Shown piece by piece: positions 19,418-29,819 of a stretch of DNA of 58,174 bases; within the stretch, counting starts at the first letter, position 1; each line of letters begins with the position of its first letter. The notes under the pieces were generated by a model. That model had not been told where the DNA came from, ran no database searches, and saw only the letters and a program-made list of their open reading frames with translations. Source of the stretch: a candidate division NPL-UPA2 bacterium Unc8 (GTDB lineage: Bacteria; NPL-UPA2); contig NDHY01000006.1 of assembly GCA_003574845.1 (NCBI GenBank), positions 1-58,174 of the forward strand, written 5' to 3'. The position numbers and the translations under genes were made by a program.

Positions 19418-21272
19418 GCAGCGACAGCACAATGCCATAGCAGAATGGAAGGCTCTTGATGAGAAACCCTGCATCTATGTTGGAGCTGCAACCTGTGGGC
19501 GAGCCTCTGGTGCTCTGAAGCTAATAGAGTCAGTCAACAAAGAGCTTAAAAAAAATAGGCTGGCCGCGAATATGATAGAAGTTGGCTGCATTGGACTTTG
19601 CTACGCTGAACCATTAATTGACATAGCCGGAGCCGATGGCGTTCGTGTTTCCTACCGCAATGTTACCACGGAGATGATTCCTCAACTGATAAATGAACAT
19701 CTTATCAATAATAATCCTGTAGCAGCGCTCGCTCTTGGCGTAGTAGGGAGCAGTAAAATCTCCGGCATCCCCAACCTCTTTGACCTTCCTGTGCTAAAAC
19801 CTCAAGAAAGAATAGCTCTTCGCAACTGTGGCTACATTGACCCTGAAAACATCAATCACTACATAGCTTCAGATGGCTACCGCGGCTTAAAGAGAGCATT
19901 AAAAATGAGCCCTGATGAAGTAATAGAAGAGGTCAAAATTTCCGGGCTTAGAGGTCGGGGGGGAGCTGGGTTTCCCACTGCTGTCAAATGGCAGTTCTGC
20001 CGCAAGGCGCCGGGAGACGAAAAATATCTTATCTGCAATGCTGATGAGGGCGATCCGGGAGCCTTTATGGACAGGGCGCTTCTGGAAAGTGACCCTCACT
20101 CGGTGCTGGAGGGAATGCTTATTGGCGCTTATGCCATTGGCACTACAATGGGCTACATCTACATCCGCTCGGAATATCCATTAGCTATTACCAGACTCAA
20201 GATTGCTTTAGGGGCGATGGAGGATTACGGGCTCCTTGGCGACAATATTCTCGGCTCTGATTTTAACTTTCATATAAAGGTTAAAATTGGAGCTGGAGCA
20301 TTTGTCTGTGGCGAGGAAACGGCAATGCTTTTCTCTATAGAGGGAAAGCGAAGCGTCCCGCGCAGCCGCCCTCCATTCCCGGCAAGCTCCGGATTATGGG
20401 GTAAGCCTACCAACATTAATAATGTGGAGACATGGGCTAATGTATCGGCTATCTTCGACAAGAGTGGAGAATGGTATGCCGGCTATGGCACTGAAAAGAG
20501 CAAAGGAACCAAAATATTTGCCCTGGCCGGGAAAATAAATAATACCGGGCTTATTGAGGTGCCAATGGGGATTACGCTTGGTGAGATTATTTATGATATT
20601 GGCGGAGGTATCCCTGATGACAAGGAATTCAAGGCAATTCAAACCGGAGGTCCTTCAGGTGGCTGTCTGCCGAAAGCGGCGCTTGACCTTCCTGTTGACT
20701 ATGAACAATTAGCAGCTGCGGGGTCTATTATGGGCTCCGGTGGAATGATCGTTGCCGATACGGATACCTGTATGGTTGACATCGCCAGATATTTTCTTAC
20801 CTTTACCCAGAATGAGTCCTGTGGCAAATGCGTGCTGTGCCGGGAGGGAACGATGCAGATGTTGGAAATTTTAACTGATATAACTCAAGGCAAAGGCAAC
20901 TCAAGCGACATAGAGCGGCTGTTAGAATTGGCTGAGGCGGTTAAGATAGGCTCACTCTGTGCTCTTGGAGGAACGGCACCTAATCCGGTATTAACTACTA
21001 TAAAGTATTTCCGTCCGGAGTATGAAACGCATATCAATGAAAAGAAATGTCCGGCAAGAGTATGCAAGGCGTTAATCTCTTTTTATGTTTCCCCGGATAA
21101 ATGCAAAGGATGCATGGCTTGTCTTAAAGCCTGTCCGGTTGGCGTAATTAAAGGTAAGTCAAAGATGATTCATATAATAAATCAAGAGGGATGTATCAGG
21201 TGTGGAGTATGCCTTGATGTCTGCCCGCCTAAATTCAAGGCAATAGCAAAGGTTACTGGTAGCTTACCTTAG
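19407..21272 (+). CDS. nuoF: NuoF/HydB-like FMN/NADH-binding subunit
   Basis: N-terminal 2Fe-2S domain, GRGGAGFP, NADEGDPGAFMDR, GGPSGG, ESCGKCVLCREG and two C-terminal CxxCxxCxxxCP motifs. Confidence 0.92.
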   Translation: MTFEQRQHNAIAEWKALDEKPCIYVGAATCGRASGALKLIESVNKELKKNRLAANMIEVGCIGLCYAEPLIDIAGADGVRVSYRNVTTEMIPQLINEHLINNNPVAALALGVVGSSKISGIPNLFDLPVLKPQERIALRNCGYIDPENINHYIASDGYRGLKRALKMSPDEVIEEVKISGLRGRGGAGFPTAVKWQFCRKAPGDEKYLICNADEGDPGAFMDRALLESDPHSVLEGMLIGAYAIGTTMGYIYIRSEYPLAITRLKIALGAMEDYGLLGDNILGSDFNFHIKVKIGAGAFVCGEETAMLFSIEGKRSVPRSRPPFPASSGLWGKPTNINNVETWANVSAIFDKSGEWYAGYGTEKSKGTKIFALAGKINNTGLIEVPMGITLGEIIYDIGGGIPDDKEFKAIQTGGPSGGCLPKAALDLPVDYEQLAAAGSIMGSGGMIVADTDTCMVDIARYFLTFTQNESCGKCVLCREGTMQMLEILTDITQGKGNSSDIERLLELAEAVKIGSLCALGGTAPNPVLTTIKYFRPEYETHINEKKCPARVCKALISFYVSPDKCKGCMACLKACPVGVIKGKSKMIHIINQEGCIRCGVCLDVCPPKFKAIAKVTGSLP

Positions 21273-21277
21273 CAGAA

Positions 21278-23407
21278 ATGATTACATTAGATATTGATGG
21301 GCATAAAGTTAAGACTGAGAAAGGCAAGACAGTGCTCCAGGCAGCGTCAGAAGCTAAGATTTACATTCCTTCCATCTGCGCCCATCCTGACCTGACCCCC
21401 TTTGGTGCCTGTCGGCTATGCATTGTTGAGGCTGAAGGTTTAAAAGGACTGCCAACAGCCTGTACAACTCTCGCTGCTGATGGAATGAGAGTGAAGACTA
21501 AAACCCCTCAGGTCAACTCAACGCGTCGCATTGCGATGGAGCTAATGCTCGCCAGCCACTCAGCTGACTGCCTGAGATGTACTCAAAACCTGAACTGTGA
21601 ATTGCAAGCAATAGCCCAATATCTGGGCATCACTGAGGAACGTTGGAAGAAATCCACCGAGGAAGTCCAGATTAATACTACTAATCCTCTCTTTAATCAT
21701 GACCTTAACAAGTGCATTCTCTGCGGTCGGTGTGTCCGGGCCTGCTATGAACTGCGTGGAGTGGAGGTGCTATCTTTTATGAAACGAGGCAAGGAGTCTT
21801 ACATCGGCACTGCCCTTGACAGTTCTTTAAGTGATGCTAACTGCAAATTCTGCGGTGCCTGCGTCCAGGTCTGTCCCACTGGCGCTCTCCAGGACAAGAA
21901 AGGATTGCTTGAGGTGGGGACTAACCGTGAGGAAATGCTGGTCCCTTGTAAGCATAACTGCCCTGCTGAAATAGACATACCTCGCTATCTGTATCTTATT
22001 GCTACAAAGAAATATTCTGAGGCAGCCGCGGTGATCAGAGAGAAGGTTCCTTTTCCTGAAGTCTTAGGTCGTGTCTGCATACATCCATGCGAAGAGGTCT
22101 GCCAACGTGGTGAGGTGGACGAAGCAGTTTCCATAAGGTCTCTTAAGCACTTTGTGGCCGAAAGAGACACCGTCTTGTGGAAAGAGCATATGAGAAAAGC
22201 GCCGCCGACAGGCAGGCGGGCAGCCGTGGTAGGCTCAGGACCAGCAGGGTTAACGGCCGCGTATTATTTGACGAAATTAGGGCACAATGTTATTGTGTTT
22301 GAAGCGCTGCCGGTGCCTGGTGGTATGATGCGAATTGGCATTCCTGAATATCGCCTGCCCAGGAAGGTCTTAGAAAGAGAAATAGAGGAAGTAAAGCAAG
22401 TTGGGTTTGAAGTAAAGACCAATGCACGGGTGGAATCGCTGGATGACTTATTTCAAAAAGGCTATGAGGCTATCTTTTTAGCAATTGGTGCTCACAGGGG
22501 CATCAAGATGGGGATAGATGGCGAGGATACTTTAGGCGTAATAGAGTGCACTGATTTTCTCAGGAAGGTGAGCCTGGGAGAAAAAGTAAAATTAGGGAGC
22601 AGGGTAGCTGTTATTGGTGGTGGTAACGCTGCCATAGATGCTGCTCGTACTGCCTTAAGGCTGAAAGTTAAAAAGGTTATAATTATTTACCGTCGCACAC
22701 GGACTGAGATGCCTGCTAGCCCTGAGGAGATAGATGGCGCTCTTGAAGAAGGAGTGGAGTTCATCTATCTCGCAATGCCAACTAAGATATGGAATAGAGG
22801 TGGCACGGTGAAACTTGAATGTTGTCGCATGGAGTTAGGAGAACCTGATGCCAGCGGCAGGCGGCGTCCAGTACCCATTGAGAATAGTGAATTCCTAACA
22901 AGCTATGACTCCGTTATTGCTGCCATCGGTCAGATGCCAGAAGTTCCAGAAGGATTTCAGGTAGCTATCGGGAAGGGGAATAGGCTCAAAACTAATCTGG
23001 AAAGCTGTGCTACCAACCGGAAGGGTGTCTTTGCCGGTGGCGATGCAGTAACCGGGCCAGCCTCAGTTATTGAAGCTATTGCTGCTGGGAGGAAGGGGGC
23101 CGCAGCTATAGATAAATATTTTGGTGGCAGCGGAATTCTGGATGAGGAGTTAACATCAATTGCTCCCGCTAACGGCTGGCTGGGTCGAGAGAGAGGATTT
23201 GCTCCTCGGCAACGAGAGAAGATGCCGCAGGTACCAATAAAAGAACGGGTCCTGGGTTTTGCTCAGGTAGAAGTCGGCTATGAAGAAGGAGCAGCCATTA
23301 AAGAATCATCACGGTGTCTGCGGTGTGATTTAAGGCTTGGCATATCAAGTGTAGAATTGCCGCCCAGGAGAATTTCCAGTAAAACGGTTACAAAAGAAGA
23401 AGGCTGA
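21278..23407 (+). CDS. Fusion of HydA/NuoG N-terminal FeS domains with a GltD/NfnB-like FAD/NADPH oxidoreductase
   Basis: GACRLC, HxxxCxxC and two ferredoxin motifs, then PCKHNCP, GRVCIHPCE, GSGPAGL, GGGNAAID, YRRTR and FAGGD. No H-cluster motifs. Confidence 0.85.
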   Translation: MITLDIDGHKVKTEKGKTVLQAASEAKIYIPSICAHPDLTPFGACRLCIVEAEGLKGLPTACTTLAADGMRVKTKTPQVNSTRRIAMELMLASHSADCLRCTQNLNCELQAIAQYLGITEERWKKSTEEVQINTTNPLFNHDLNKCILCGRCVRACYELRGVEVLSFMKRGKESYIGTALDSSLSDANCKFCGACVQVCPTGALQDKKGLLEVGTNREEMLVPCKHNCPAEIDIPRYLYLIATKKYSEAAAVIREKVPFPEVLGRVCIHPCEEVCQRGEVDEAVSIRSLKHFVAERDTVLWKEHMRKAPPTGRRAAVVGSGPAGLTAAYYLTKLGHNVIVFEALPVPGGMMRIGIPEYRLPRKVLEREIEEVKQVGFEVKTNARVESLDDLFQKGYEAIFLAIGAHRGIKMGIDGEDTLGVIECTDFLRKVSLGEKVKLGSRVAVIGGGNAAIDAARTALRLKVKKVIIIYRRTRTEMPASPEEIDGALEEGVEFIYLAMPTKIWNRGGTVKLECCRMELGEPDASGRRRPVPIENSEFLTSYDSVIAAIGQMPEVPEGFQVAIGKGNRLKTNLESCATNRKGVFAGGDAVTGPASVIEAIAAGRKGAAAIDKYFGGSGILDEELTSIAPANGWLGRERGFAPRQREKMPQVPIKERVLGFAQVEVGYEEGAAIKESSRCLRCDLRLGISSVELPPRRISSKTVTKEEG

Positions 23408-23409
23408 AA

Positions 23410-24183
23410 ATGAAGCTTGCTATTGCCGGTAAAGGCGGAGTTGGCAAAACGACGATAGCTGCTCTGCTTGTCAATCTCTTTCAACATAATGACTGCACTG
23501 TTTTAGCGATAGATGCCGACCCCGTCGCCAATTTAGCCGCCAGTCTGGGTTTTCCTCGTGCTCAAACTATTGTTCCCATCATTGAAATGAAAGAACTGAT
23601 TGAAGAACGCACAGGCACCAAGGCAGGTGATATTGGTGCATATTTCAATTTAAACCCTCATGTAGCTGACATACCTGATAAGTATGCTGTCTGTCATAAT
23701 GGTATAAAGTTAATAGTAATGGGTGGCTTTCGCTCCGTTGCCAGTGGCTGTTTCTGTGCGGAGAATGCATTCCTGAAGGCTCTGTTGAGCCATCTGCTGG
23801 TCAAACGGGATGAAGTAGTTATTGTGGATATGGAAGCAGGTGTAGAGCACTTAAGTCGGGGAACGGCAGTGGCGGTAGATATGTTGCTCGTCATAGTGAA
23901 CCCAGGAAAAAGAAGTATTGATACAGCGCATAAAATTAATGAGGTGGCAAAGAGTGTAGGTATCAAACGGATTCAGGGTATCGGCAATAGAGTGAGCAGC
24001 AAAGAGGATGAGGAGTTAATAACCGCAGCTATGGCGCCAATAGAAATGCTGGGCTTTGTCTCCGATAGTCAGCTTGTGCGAGAAGCAGACATCAAAGGAA
24101 AACCTCTTTTGAATGGCGATGAGAAGATTATCAAAGAGATTGAAGCTATAAAATTAAACATAAAAGTAGTTTGTGGTAGGTAG
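23410..24183 (+). CDS. cooC: CooC-type nickel-insertion ATPase
   Basis: GKGGVGKTT, DADP, GCFC and DMEAGVEHLSRGT motifs. Confidence 0.9.
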   Translation: MKLAIAGKGGVGKTTIAALLVNLFQHNDCTVLAIDADPVANLAASLGFPRAQTIVPIIEMKELIEERTGTKAGDIGAYFNLNPHVADIPDKYAVCHNGIKLIVMGGFRSVASGCFCAENAFLKALLSHLLVKRDEVVIVDMEAGVEHLSRGTAVAVDMLLVIVNPGKRSIDTAHKINEVAKSVGIKRIQGIGNRVSSKEDEELITAAMAPIEMLGFVSDSQLVREADIKGKPLLNGDEKIIKEIEAIKLNIKVVCGR

Positions 24184-24196
24184 TAAGGGTTTGGCA

Positions 24197-24955
24197 ATGA
24201 GCTTAGCAATTGCAGTAGCCGGAAAGGGCGGCACGGGTAAAACAACTGTTGCCGCACTCATCATCGGTTACCTAAAGAATAAATTCAATGGCTCCATTTT
24301 GGCGGTTGATGCTGACCCTACTGCCAATTTAGAGGAAGCAATTGGACTTGAAATAAAGGCAACAATCGGTGCTACGCTGGCAAAGTTTCGGGAAGAGCTA
24401 TCTAATTTGCCCCAGGGTATTCCCAAGAATGAATACCTGGAATCTAAGCTGGACGAAATTTTGGTTGAGGGCGAAAAAGTTGACCTTCTGGTGATGGGTT
24501 GCAAAGAAGGGTCTGGGTGCTATTGCTATCCTAACCAGATATTGCGGCAATACCTTGATATGCTGGCAAAAAACTACTCTTTTCTGATTATTGATAATGA
24601 GGCAGGGATGGAGCATCTATCCAGAAGAATGACGCGGGAGCTGGACTTCTTGTTTTTAGTTTCTGACCCCACCGTTCGAGGAATAAGAACGGCAGGAGCA
24701 TTGCGGGACTTAGCAAAAGAGCTTGAATTGAACATAAAGGAAATCTTCCTGATAATTGATAAGCTGCACGGAGAGCTGCATCCATTGGTGCTGGAGGAAA
24801 TAAAAAAGCAAAGGCTGGAGCTTATTAAAACTATTCCCGAGGATGCCATGATAGTTGACTACAGCCTTTCCGGCAAGCCGCTGACTGGTTTACCGGAAAC
24901 CTCAGTTGCAACAAGGGCAATTAACGAGTTAATGAAGCAAATTATAGCCGTGTGA
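24197..24955 (+). CDS. cooC: Second CooC/AcsF nickel-insertion ATPase
   Basis: GKGGTGKTT, DADP, GCYC and DNEAGMEHLSR motifs. Confidence 0.9.
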   Translation: MSLAIAVAGKGGTGKTTVAALIIGYLKNKFNGSILAVDADPTANLEEAIGLEIKATIGATLAKFREELSNLPQGIPKNEYLESKLDEILVEGEKVDLLVMGCKEGSGCYCYPNQILRQYLDMLAKNYSFLIIDNEAGMEHLSRRMTRELDFLFLVSDPTVRGIRTAGALRDLAKELELNIKEIFLIIDKLHGELHPLVLEEIKKQRLELIKTIPEDAMIVDYSLSGKPLTGLPETSVATRAINELMKQIIAV

Positions 24956-24982
24956 TAGAAGTAATGAGGAGGGAGTGAAAAA

Positions 24983-25864
24983 GTGATTCTTATCGGTGAG
25001 AATATAAATATTATGGTGAAGGTCATCTCTAAGGCGTTAGAGGAGAGGAATCCTGAACCAATCCAGAAATTAGCTATTGCACAGACTGAAGCCGGGGTTG
25101 ATTTTCTTGATTTGAACCTTGGCCCGGCGCGCAAAGATGGTGAAGCGCAGATGGAATGGCTGGTGAGAACGGTGCAAGAAGCAAGCACATTGCCATTGTC
25201 GTTAGACACCACCAATCCAGTCGCAATGGAGGCCGGCTTAGCCATTTGCAGGGACAAAGCATTGATAAACTCTGCATCCGGCAAACAGGAAAGCATAGAA
25301 AAAATGCTTCCTCTGGCGCAGAAATATTCTGCCGGTGTAATAATATCGGTTTTAAATGATGAGGGTATTCCCTCTGATGCTGCAGGACGGGCAGAAAGTA
25401 TTATGGAGACTATTTCTACCGCCAATGAACTTGGCATCTCTAATGAGGATATCTGGGTTGACCCAATTCTCCTACCCGTCAGTGTTGACCAACAGCAAGT
25501 AGTTGAGTATATGGAATTTGTAAAAATGCTCGCTGATTTGGCACCAGGAGTTAAATCAACGGTTGGTCTGTCCAATCTGTCAAATGGGACACCGGGAGAA
25601 CTCAGAGGTATTCTTAACCGTACTTACATGATAATGATAGGACGTTGCGGTCAATATTCCGCTATCGTTGATGCCTTTGATAAAGAACTTATCAGTATTA
25701 ACAAAGGTGAGATGACAGGCATTACAGAGCTGGTTCACAAGGTAATGGATGGAGAAGATATAGACACAGCAAGTCTCTCCTCTAAAGAGCGTGACTATGT
25801 TAAGACAGCTGCAGTAATTATGGGAAAAGTTCTTTATTCCCATTCCTGGCTGGAATTGGATTGA
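24983..25864 (+). CDS. acsE: Methyltetrahydrofolate:corrinoid iron-sulfur protein methyltransferase
   Basis: Pterin-binding barrel (LIGENIN, LDLNLG, LSLDT, INS, VDP, GLSNLSNG) inside a CODH/ACS cluster. Confidence 0.85.
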   Translation: MILIGENINIMVKVISKALEERNPEPIQKLAIAQTEAGVDFLDLNLGPARKDGEAQMEWLVRTVQEASTLPLSLDTTNPVAMEAGLAICRDKALINSASGKQESIEKMLPLAQKYSAGVIISVLNDEGIPSDAAGRAESIMETISTANELGISNEDIWVDPILLPVSVDQQQVVEYMEFVKMLADLAPGVKSTVGLSNLSNGTPGELRGILNRTYMIMIGRCGQYSAIVDAFDKELISINKGEMTGITELVHKVMDGEDIDTASLSSKERDYVKTAAVIMGKVLYSHSWLELD

Positions 25865-25871
25865 GAGAAGT

Positions 25872-26549
25872 ATGCGAATATTGGCAATATTGCAGGGCAC
25901 CTATGGCAAGAGAATCACAAAGACTATAGGAAAGTATAAGCCAGATGGATGGACGCTGGAGGTCTATACTTTCCCATCTCCTCTCCCTGCCCTTAATGAG
26001 GATTCTTTAACAGATTTATTGCCGGAACGATTGCCGGCAACAGATCTCCTGCTACTGTTGGCTGAAGACCCAATTATTGCTGAATTAGTTCCTGATATGG
26101 TGAAATTCAGCGAAGCCAATGCCGTACTTGCGCCGGTAGCCAATCGTAGCTGGCTGCCTCCCGGGCTGGCAAATCAGATAAAGAGGAAATTAGGTGAGGT
26201 GAGTATGATAACGCCGGTACCTTTTTGTACACTTGATGAAGGTGATACTGATGATAAGTTTATCAAGAAGTTCGCACAGCACTTCGGTAGGCCCCGCGTA
26301 AAGATAGAACAAGAGCAGGAGAAAGTAAAGAAAGTAACTGTTCTGAAAGATGCTCCCTGTGGAAATACCCGCTTTGTAGCGAAAAAATTAATCGGGACTA
26401 ATACTAAAGATGCTTATTTTGAAGCAGGGTTGTTGCATCATGCGCATGTCTGCTATGCAACAATGGTGATGGATCGCGAATTTGGCGATACGTTGATGCA
26501 CCGTTCAGGATTGGCAATGAAAGATGCGGTGGCAGAGGCAATAAAATGA
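25872..26549 (+). CDS. DUF166 family protein
   Basis: QGTYGKRI, PVPFCTL, FGRP, APCG, AGLLHHAHVC and MHRSG pattern. Confidence 0.7.
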   Translation: MRILAILQGTYGKRITKTIGKYKPDGWTLEVYTFPSPLPALNEDSLTDLLPERLPATDLLLLLAEDPIIAELVPDMVKFSEANAVLAPVANRSWLPPGLANQIKRKLGEVSMITPVPFCTLDEGDTDDKFIKKFAQHFGRPRVKIEQEQEKVKKVTVLKDAPCGNTRFVAKKLIGTNTKDAYFEAGLLHHAHVCYATMVMDREFGDTLMHRSGLAMKDAVAEAIK

Positions 26550-26578
26550 GGGCAGTGGAAGAGAAAGGAGGAAAGTGA

Positions 26579-27448
26579 ATGGCATACGAGGCAGCGATAG
26601 AAACCTATTCCGGCAAGGTGGAGGAAGTAACTATAGGTAAAGGTGAAGACTCTTTAAGAGTTGGAGGCGAAACCACGCTTCCCTTTCATTTCTTTGAAGG
26701 TAGGTTACCCAACCCTCCTAAATTGGCATTGGAGGTTTCTCACCAAAGGCAATTGGACCGGTCTGAAGAGGCCTTCAAAGCAGAAATCATCTCATTGCAA
26801 CTTCTCGGGACTGATGCAGAAGGGAAAGATATTGAAGAGATAGCGGCAATGACAGCTGAGATTGTCAGGTCCGTTGGTGTGCCAGTCATCGTCTATGGAA
26901 CAGGAGAACCAGAGAGAGACAGGGAACTGCTGCCAAAGGTGGCCGAGGCGTGTGCCGGTGAAGGCCTGCTTTTAGGACCGGTGAAGAAAGAAAATTACAG
27001 AGAGATAGCTGCTGCCTGCCTGAAATATGACCATCGCCTTATTGCTCAGACGCCGTTGGATGTTAATGCTACAAAGCAACTGAATATCATGCTTACAAAG
27101 GAAGGTATTTCCACTGACAGGATTGTAATTGACCCCTTGAGTTCTGCGTTAGGATATGGGATGGAATATAGCTATTCGGCGATGGAGCGCATTAAGTTAG
27201 CGGCTCTTGCTCATAATGATAAGATGCTGCAGATGCCGATCATTGCCAATATCGGAGGAGAGTGCTGGAAAGTAAAAGAGGCTAAAGAAGATGATGCCCA
27301 GGGTGTTCTCTGGGAAGGGATAACGGCTCTCTGCTTTATCCTGGCCGGGGCGAATATCCTCATTCTGAGAAGCCCACATACCTACAAACTAATACAACAG
27401 ATACTATCCAAACATCTAAAGAACTATGACAACAGGGAGGGCTATTAA
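26579..27448 (+). CDS. acsD: Corrinoid iron-sulfur protein small subunit
   Basis: VGGETTLPF, DVNATKQLN, IDP..ALGYGMEYSYS.MERI, WKVKEA and WE motifs (CdhD/AcsD). Confidence 0.92.
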   Translation: MAYEAAIETYSGKVEEVTIGKGEDSLRVGGETTLPFHFFEGRLPNPPKLALEVSHQRQLDRSEEAFKAEIISLQLLGTDAEGKDIEEIAAMTAEIVRSVGVPVIVYGTGEPERDRELLPKVAEACAGEGLLLGPVKKENYREIAAACLKYDHRLIAQTPLDVNATKQLNIMLTKEGISTDRIVIDPLSSALGYGMEYSYSAMERIKLAALAHNDKMLQMPIIANIGGECWKVKEAKEDDAQGVLWEGITALCFILAGANILILRSPHTYKLIQQILSKHLKNYDNREGY

Positions 27449-27449
27449 T

Positions 27450-29741
27450 ATGTCAAAGAATAAGGAGGAGACATTAAAAATCATAAAAGGAGAAGACGCA
27501 TGGGAGCCTGTCGGTCCAACGCCGCTGCCGGATATTACTGACTTAAGAAACTGGAGTATGCGCCTGCTTAAGACCTACAAGCCGTTTTATGCACCTTTCT
27601 GTGACCTGTGTTGCAATTGTACCTACGGTAAATGTGACCTTACGGCAGGGAAGAAAGGCGCTTGTGGTATTGACATTGCTACTCACCAGGCAAGATGGGT
27701 GCTCATGCAGTGCTGTATGGGTCTTTCTGCTCATGGGGCGCACGGGCGCCACTTGATAGATTACCTTATCAATAAACATGGGAAAGACTACAAGATTGAC
27801 CTGGGGCTACAGGTAGATGTGGAGGCGCCGATAATCAGAACAGTTATGGGACTAAAGCCGGAAATCTTGGGTGATTTAAGAACAGTTATTGAATATGTAG
27901 AGCGGGGTCTTATCCATCTTGTTTCTTCAACTCATACCGGTCAGGAAGGCCATTATCTTGATTTTGAAAACAAATCCCTCCATGCCGGGATGCTGGATCT
28001 TTTAGCGATGGAAGCAGCCGACATTGCCCAGATCGCCGGCTATAACTACCCTACCTCTATTGCTGATACACCGTTGGTAGAGCTGGGCTGGGGTGCGATT
28101 GATAAAACCAAGCCGGTAATTCTGGCAATCGGTCATAATGCTGCTCCCATTAACGCTACGATTGATTACCTGCAAAATAATAATCTGGAGGACAAGGTTG
28201 AAGTTTGCGGCATCTGCTGTACGGCTCATGATGTCACCCGCCGTTCTGATAGGGCGAAGGTGGTAGGGCATCTGGCCAGGCAGTTGTTCTTTATTCGCTG
28301 CGGCATCGCCGATGTAATTATTACTGATGAACAATGTGTCCGGACAGATGTGCCGGAGGAGGCAACTCGTGCCGGGGCATCCCTGATTGCTACTTCTGAC
28401 AAGATATGTTATGGCCTGGAAGATGTTACCGAAAAAGAAATTGACGAGATAGTCAAAATGATTACAGAAGAAAAGAAACAAGTGCTAATCCTTGATCCTG
28501 ACAAGGCCGGCGAGGTAGCGGCCAGGGTGGCTATAGCTATAGCTCCCGGTCGCAAGAAAGAATTCATTAATGAAAAAACAGCAATGAAGTTGGCTAAGGA
28601 GTGTAACGGATGCAACCTCTGCTCCGAGGCTTGTCCTAATCTGCTCTCTGTCGGCAAGTCGGTAAAGGAATTTGCAGATGGAGAGGTTGATAAATTAAGC
28701 GAGACCTTTAAACTTTGTTTCACCTGCGGCAAATGTGAGCAAAAATGTCCTAAGAATATTCCCATCATCAAGATAATGCAGGCAGTAGCAACGAAAGAAA
28801 CCTACAAGATGCGCAGTGGCCGCGGGCCAATTCACGATGTGGAAATTCGGCAAGTAGGCTCTCCTATCGTCTTAGGCACCATTCCCGGGATAGTTGCATT
28901 TGTCGGATGTTCCAACTACCCAAAAGGCGATAAAGAAATCGCTGAGATGATGGATGAGTTTGCCAGGAGAAAGTATATTGTAGTTGCCTCAGGATGTGCA
29001 GCTATGGCAGCCGGTATGGTCAAAGACAAGGAAGGCAAAACCATCTGGGAAAAGTATCCTCCTGGTTTTGAAGCCGGAGGAGTGTTGAATGTTGGCTCCT
29101 GTGTTGCTAATTCTCATATTGCCGGAGCGGCAATAAAGGTTGCTAATATTTTTGCCAAGCTGCCTGGCAGGGCTAACTATGAATGTATAGCTGACTATAT
29201 TCTAAACCGTGTCGGCGCCTGCGGAGTGGCATGGGGAGCGTACTCACAGAAAGCTCTGGCCATTGGAACAGGTTTTAACCGCTGGGGAGTTCCGGTAGTG
29301 TTAGGACCTCACTCGGCAAAATACAAAAGGCTGTATCTGAGCAGGAAAGAAGAGGATGACTGGAATATAATGGACGGTCGGACAGAAAAGATGATGGACG
29401 AGTATGTTGAACCTGCTCCTGAACACCTGGCAATTGTAATTGAATCAAAGGAACGTGCGATTGTGTCTATCGCCAAGTACTGCATCAGACGGAATGATAC
29501 GCCGGTAGGCCGCCAGATAAAGCTAAATCATTATATCGCTCTCTACAAGAAATATATGGGCGAGGGATTTCCGGACGATCTGCATCTATTTATCAGAAAA
29601 CCTACTGATGTGCCAATGTTCTTTAAGCGTGAAGTAATGGACTACTTAAAGAAGATTGGTTGGAAACCACGCCAGCAGGTAGGATTACCAACACTGATCA
29701 ACACCTATCCGACCAAGGCGAATATTGCCGACATCAAATAA
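27450..29741 (+). CDS. cdhA: CO dehydrogenase, archaeal-type ACDS alpha subunit
   Basis: GPTP, CDLCCNCTYGKCDL, GHN, GICCTAHD, DEQC, extra ferredoxin motifs CNGCNLC and CFTCGKC, GSCVANSH; GGGAGG RBS. Confidence 0.95.
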   Translation: MSKNKEETLKIIKGEDAWEPVGPTPLPDITDLRNWSMRLLKTYKPFYAPFCDLCCNCTYGKCDLTAGKKGACGIDIATHQARWVLMQCCMGLSAHGAHGRHLIDYLINKHGKDYKIDLGLQVDVEAPIIRTVMGLKPEILGDLRTVIEYVERGLIHLVSSTHTGQEGHYLDFENKSLHAGMLDLLAMEAADIAQIAGYNYPTSIADTPLVELGWGAIDKTKPVILAIGHNAAPINATIDYLQNNNLEDKVEVCGICCTAHDVTRRSDRAKVVGHLARQLFFIRCGIADVIITDEQCVRTDVPEEATRAGASLIATSDKICYGLEDVTEKEIDEIVKMITEEKKQVLILDPDKAGEVAARVAIAIAPGRKKEFINEKTAMKLAKECNGCNLCSEACPNLLSVGKSVKEFADGEVDKLSETFKLCFTCGKCEQKCPKNIPIIKIMQAVATKETYKMRSGRGPIHDVEIRQVGSPIVLGTIPGIVAFVGCSNYPKGDKEIAEMMDEFARRKYIVVASGCAAMAAGMVKDKEGKTIWEKYPPGFEAGGVLNVGSCVANSHIAGAAIKVANIFAKLPGRANYECIADYILNRVGACGVAWGAYSQKALAIGTGFNRWGVPVVLGPHSAKYKRLYLSRKEEDDWNIMDGRTEKMMDEYVEPAPEHLAIVIESKERAIVSIAKYCIRRNDTPVGRQIKLNHYIALYKKYMGEGFPDDLHLFIRKPTDVPMFFKREVMDYLKKIGWKPRQQVGLPTLINTYPTKANIADIK

Positions 29742-29784
29742 GTCATCAGTAGTCGGCCGTCAGTAGTCGGTAGCTGGTCATCGG
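29742..29784. repeat. Degenerate heptamer-like array between cdhA and cdhB
   Basis: GTCATCAGTAGTCGGCCGTCAGTAGTCGGTAGCTGGTCATCGG. Confidence 0.5.
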
Positions 29785-29819
29785 AAGTGTGAAATTGTAT
29801 CAAGGGAGGGAGAAGTGAG

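Noticed and set aside
18935-23407. Respiratory complex I or [FeFe]-hydrogenase
   Set aside because: No other nuo genes are present, and the third subunit lacks H-cluster motifs and carries a GltD-like domain.
24983-25864. Dihydropteroate synthase
   Set aside because: Same fold, but the motifs and CODH/ACS context indicate AcsE.
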